DNA of 24,088 nucleotides from Chiloscyllium plagiosum (Eukaryota). The translations under genes and the position numbers were made by a program. Where the stretch lies: NCBI RefSeq assembly GCF_004010195.1, contig NC_057749.1:11100841-11124928 (forward strand), written 5' to 3'. Below are positions 19,432 through 24,088 of this stretch, piece after piece. How positions within the stretch are numbered: the stretch's first letter is position 1; every line of letters starts with the position of its first letter. Below the pieces are notes generated by a model. The model was not told the DNA's origin. It made no database searches and saw only the letters and a list, made by a program, of their open reading frames with translations.

Positions 19432-20317
19432 ATGGCCTTTAGTAGAGTGATATGCTCTTCTTGTCAGATGTGGGAGTTTAGGGAGAGTTTACAGGTTACT
19501 GAGAATTATATCTGCAATAAATGCCGTTGGTTGCGAAACTTATTAGATTGAATGGATCGGTTGGAGAGACAATTAGAGGCAATGAGGAATTTACAAGAGC
19601 AAGAGGATGTGATGGAAGGCAGTTATAGGAAGGAGGAAAAGTCACATAGATGGGTTAACTCAAGGAAAGGTAAGAGAGGTAGGCAGTTAGTGCAGGAGTC
19701 TTCTGTGGCTATCCCCATTTCAAACATGCTGCTTTGGAATATATAGGGGGTGATGGATTCTCAGGGGAATGTAGCACAAACAGCTAAGTTTCTGGCATTG
19801 AGACTGGCTCTAACGCAACGAGGGATATGTCGGGTTCCAAGAGATCAATCGTATTCGTCCGAGGTACAGACAGACTGCGGCCAACAGCAAAAAAATCAGA
19901 ATAGTGTGTTGCTTCCCTTGTGCCAAGGTAAAGGATGTTTCAGAGAGGGTGCAGAATGTTCTCAAGAAGGAGAGGGGCCAGCAGAAGGTCATTGCACACA
20001 TTGGAACCAACGACATAGGAAGGGAAAAGGTTGAGATTCTGAAGAGAGATTACAGAGGGTTAGGCAGGAATTTAAAAAGAGTAGTAATATCTGGATTACT
20101 CTCAGTGCTACGAGCGAGTGAGGGCAGGAATAGGAGGATACAGCAGATGAATGCATGGCTGAGGAGCTGGTGTATGGGAGAAGGATTTTTGGAACATTGG
20201 AAGCTCTTTTGGAGTAGAAGTGACCTGTGCAAGGAGGACAGATTGCACCTAAATTGGAAGGGGGCTAATTTACTGGCAGAGAGATTTGCTAGAGCTGCTT
20301 GGAAGGATTTAAACTAG
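19432..20317 (+). pseudogene. CR1 ORF1 remnant: zinc finger, coiled coil, SGNH-esterase-like domain
   Basis: ATG at 19432 gives MAFSRVICSSCQMWE...YICNKCRWL (CxxC...CxxC), an in-frame stop, then MDRLERQLEAMRNL (heptads); later 'AHIGTNDIG' and 'DRLHLN' esterase blocks; disrupted. Confidence 0.85.
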
Positions 20318-20449
20318 TAAGGTGGGGGGGCGGAACACCCAGGGAGACAGTGAGGAAAGAGATCAATCTGAGATTGGTACAGTTGAGAACAAAGGCGAGT
20401 CAAACAGTCAGAGCAGGCAGGGTCAAAGCAGAGAACAAGGAAGGACTGA

Positions 20450-22782
20450 TAAATTAAACTGCATTTACTTCAATGCAAGAGGCCTAACAGGGAAGGCAGA
20501 TGAACTCAGGGCATGGTTAGGAACATGGGACTGGGATATCATAGCAATTACAGATTTGTGGCTCAAGGATGGACAAGACTGGCAGCTTAATGTTCCAGGA
20601 TACAAATGCTACAGGAAGGGCAGAAAGGGAGGCAAGAGAGGACGGGGAGTGGCGTTTTTGATAAGGAATAGCATTACTATTCCCAGAAATACATCCAGGG
20701 AAGTTATTTGGGTGGAACTGAGAAATAAGAAAGGGATGATCACCTTATTGGAATTGTATTATAGACTCCCTAATCGTCAGAGGGAAATTGAGAAACAAAT
20801 TTGTAAGGAGATCTCAGTTATCTGTAAGAATAATAGGGTGGATATGGTAGGGGATTTTAACTTTCCAAACATAGACTGGGACTGCCAAAGTGTTAAGGGT
20901 TTCGATGGAGAGGAATTTGTTAAGTGTGTACAAGACAATTTTCTGATTCAGTATGTGGATGTACCTATTAGAGAAGGTGCAAAACTTGACCTACTCTTGG
21001 GAAATAAGGCAGGGCAGCTGACTCAGGTGTCGGTGGGGCGCACTTTAGGGACAGCGACCATAGTTTTATTAGTTTTAAAATACTGATGGAAAAGGATAGA
21101 TTAAGGACAAAAGGGTAACTAGGGAGAGAATAGTGCCCCTCAAAGATCAGCAAGGTGGCCTTTGTGTGGAGCCGCAGGAGATGGGAGAGATACTAAATGA
21201 GTGTTTCGCATCAGTATTTATAGAATGTAGGGAAACAGATGGTGATGTCTTGAAAAATGTCCACATTACAGAGGAGGACGTGCTGGATGTCTTGAAATGC
21301 ATAAAAATGGATAAATCCCCAGGAACTGATCAAGTGTACCCTAGAACTCTGAGGGAAGCTAGAGCAGTGATTGCTGGGCCTCTTACTGAAATATTTGTAT
21401 TATCAATAGTCACAGGTGAAGTGCTGGAAGACTAGAAGTTGACTAATGTGGTGCCACTATTTAACAAAGGTGGTAAGGAAAAGCCAGGGAACTATAGACC
21501 AGTGAGCCTGATGTCAGTGGTAGGCACATTTTTGGAGAGAATCTTGAGGGACAGGATGTACACGTATTTGGAAAGGCAAGGACTGATTAGGGATAGTCAA
21601 CATGGCTTTGTGCGTGGGAAATCATGTCTAACAAATTTGATTGAGTTTTTTGAAGAAGTAACAAAGAGGATTGATGAGGGCAGAGCGGTGGATGTGATCT
21701 ATATGGACTTCAGTAAGGCATTCGACAAGGTTCCCCATGGGATACTGGTTAGCAAGGTTAGATCTCATGGAATACAGGGAGAACTAGCCATTTGGATACA
21801 GAACTGGCTCAAAGGTAAAAGACAAAAGAGGGTGGTGGTGGGTTGTTTTTCAGATTGGAGGCCTGTGACCAATGGAGTGCCCCAAGGATTGGTGCTGGGT
21901 CCACTACTTTTCATCATTTTTATGTGAGCATAGAGGACAGTTAGTAAGTTTGCAGATGACACCAAAATTGGAGGTGTAGTGGACAGCAAAGAAGGTTTCC
22001 TCCAAATAAAACGGGATCTTGATCAGATGGGCCAATGAGCTGAGAAGTGGCAGAAGGAGTTTAATTTAGATAAATGTGAGGTGCTGCATTTTGGGAAAGC
22101 AAACCAGGACATGACTTATACACTTAATGGTAAGTTCCTAGGGAATGTTGGTGAACAAAGAGACCTTGGAGTGCAGCTTCATAGCTCCTTGAAAGTGGAG
22201 TCGCAGGTAGATAGGATAGTGAAAAAGCTGTTTGGTATGCTTTCCTTTCTTGGTCAGAGTATTGAATACAGGAGTTGGGAGGTCAGATTGCGGCTATACA
22301 GGACATTGGTTAGGCCACTGTTGGAATACTGCATGCAATTCTTGTCTCCTTCCTATCGGAAAGATGTTGTGAAATTTGAATGGGTTCAGAAAAGATTTAC
22401 AAGGATGTTGCCATGGTTGGAGGATTTGAGCTATAGGGAGAGATTGAATAAGCTAGGGCTGTTTTCCCTGGAGCATCGGAGGCTGAGAGGTGACCTTATC
22501 GAGGTTTATAAAATCATGGAGGACATGGATAGGATAAATAGACAAAATCTTTTCCTTTGGGTGGGGGAGTCCAGAACTAGAGGGCATAGGTTTGGGGTGA
22601 GACAGGAAAGATATAAAAGAGACCTAAGGGGCAACTTTTTCACGCAGAGGGTGGTACGTATATGGAATGAGCTGCCAGAAGAAGTGGTGGAGGCTAGTAC
22701 AATTGCAACATTTAAAAGGCATCTGGATGGGTATAGGAATAGGAAGGGTTTGGAGGGATATGAGCCAGGTGCTGGCAGGTGA
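20450..22782 (+). pseudogene. CR1 ORF2 remnant: APE endonuclease + reverse transcriptase
   Basis: 'CIYFNARGL', 'DIIAIT', 'GDFNFP', 'LDL' (APE); 'NYRPVSL', 'MDFSKAFDKVPH', 'GVPQG' and 'FADD' at 21949-21960 (RT); stops, frameshifts and an internal deletion near 21100. Confidence 0.93.
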
Positions 22783-23039
22783 GACTAGATTGGATTTGGA
22801 TATCTGGTTGGCATAGACAAGTTGGACTGAAGGGTCTGTTTCCGTGCTGTACATCTCTATGACTCTACCTCACTGAGTCCTAGGTCTATAAAATTGAATT
22901 CTAATTTCAGAAAAAAAATTGCTCAGCAACATTAGTGGAGAGGTCCTCTTTTCAAAAACTGGATTTTGAGTAATTAATGAAATAAACTCATTCTCTTATC
23001 TGCTTGAACACCAAAGGTTTTGGGGAATGTGGAAAGTCA

Positions 23040-23600
23040 AAAAAGAGAAGCAAACTGGAACAATGTGAGAAGACTAGCAGCAAACATCAGGGAAATCCAA
23101 AGTCTTCTGTACACATATAAATAACAAATGAGTGGCTGAAGGAGGAGTAGGCCAATCAGAGACATCGAAGAAGGGGTCGTGGCTGAGATTGGTGATACCT
23201 TGCACCTATCTTTACAAAAAAAAAGGATCCTGCCCAGGTCATAGTGACAGAGGAGGAAAACCTGTAGCCTTTTCTTAGACTGATGGTCTCCATCCTTTCC
23301 CATCAAGGCTCGTTTCTCATTTAAAAGTGAGGACGTGACATGTAATATTCACAAAGTGCCCAGAAAAGATCGCAAAAGAGAAAAAGGTGGCAGGATTAAT
23401 TAGGGAAGACAATGTAGTGCTGGGAGAGAGGATATCTTAGATGCATTTGAGTTGCCAAGCTTAACGGGTATAATCAACTGCTGAGTAAATTCTGTTGACC
23501 TCTAAGTAGCCAAATATAGGAGTGAATCTACAAGGAAATCACAAGAGATATTCAAAAGGTTTGGTGATATAGGGGCCTTTATTTACTTAAACATTGATTG
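23040..23600 (+). mobile_element. Very old CR1 ORF2 remnants
   Basis: Degenerate APE-like sequence (GTGATATAGGGGCCTTTATTTACTTAAACATTGATTGG resembles 'V.MGDFNYPNIDW') and an 'NPKVF..Y'-like linker near 23090-23125. Confidence 0.45.
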
Positions 23601-23867
23601 GTACAACGTTAGAGTAAGTGAGAGGCATGTGTGTGTCTGTGTGAATGTGTTTGGCAAAGGGAAGAGAGGAAGAGAGAGGCAATGAGAGGAAGACAGAGAC
23701 AGAGAGAGAGAGAGTGGTGATATAGGGGCCTTTATTTACTTAAACATTGATTGGTACAACGTTAGAGTAAGTGAGAGGCATGTGTGTGTCTGTGTGAATG
23801 TGTTTGGCAAAGGGAAGAGAGGAAGAGAGAGGCAATGAGAGGAAGACAGAGACAGAGAGAGAGAGAG
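23562..23867. repeat. Exact 153-bp tandem duplication
   Basis: 23562-23714 and 23715-23867 read identically (TGGTGATATAGGGGCC...GAGACAGAGAGAGAGAGAG). Confidence 0.92.
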
Positions 23868-24088
23868 AGAGAGATAGAGAGAGAGAGACAGAGAGAGAGG
23901 GACGGAGAGGGACGGAGAGGGGGGGAGACAGAGAGAGAGAGAGAACAAGAGAGAGACAGACGAAGAGGGAGACAGAGATAGGGAAAGAAAGAGAGAGACA
24001 CAGAGAGCGATAAAGACAGAGAGAGAGAGACAGATAGAGAGACAGATAGACAGACAGATAGACAGACAGGGGGAGAGAGAGAGAGAGA
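23810..24088. repeat. Imperfect (GA)n/(GACA)n polypurine microsatellite running off the window end
   Basis: Almost exclusively GA/GACA/GATA units. Confidence 0.97.

Larger units (their letters stand above)
19250..22868 (+). mobile_element. Near-full-length decayed CR1 LINE (ORF1 + ORF2 + 3' tail)
   Basis: ORF1 and ORF2 remnants in the expected order; ends TTTCCGTGCTGTACATCTCTATGACTCTA (CR1-type octamer tail). The 5' boundary is approximate. Confidence 0.93.

Noticed and set aside
23736..24013. Ser/Leu- and Arg/Glu-rich ORFs
   Set aside because: Translations of the GA microsatellite.
1..24088. Prokaryotic or viral system (retron, CRISPR-RT, defence island) suggested by RT, nuclease and hairpin co-occurrence
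   Set aside because: The spliceosomal exon, SINEs and decayed LINEs show vertebrate nuclear DNA; all RT and nuclease ORFs are broken, independent TE insertions; there is no repeat-spacer array.

Overview
This is eukaryotic, repeat-dominated intronic DNA, most likely from a cartilaginous fish (shark), inferred from HE1/V-SINE-type SINEs and shark-type CR1 and Penelope repeats. The only host coding sequence I can support is one 204-bp internal exon of LRRC49 on the minus strand (10077-10280). Almost everything else is transposon-derived. It includes many CR1-clade LINE fragments and one near-full-length decayed CR1 (about 19250-22868), an old L2, two tRNA-derived SINEs and solo LTRs. There is also a decayed Gypsy-type internal region with the unusual PR-INT-RT-RH (Gmr1-like) order, and several Penelope-like element (PLE) pieces. 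The most striking structure is a set of short fold-back PLE-derived insertions, several flanked by target-site duplications (TSDs) and carrying minimal hammerhead-ribozyme motifs. The best preserved (6243-6462) is a near-perfect palindrome encoding two head-to-head hammerheads. Hammerheads in PLEs and inverted PLE repeats are known in general; whether these fold-backs are a mobile family of their own, or act on the host pre-mRNA, cannot be settled from this window. All calls were made by eye without database searches, and boundaries of old repeats are approximate.
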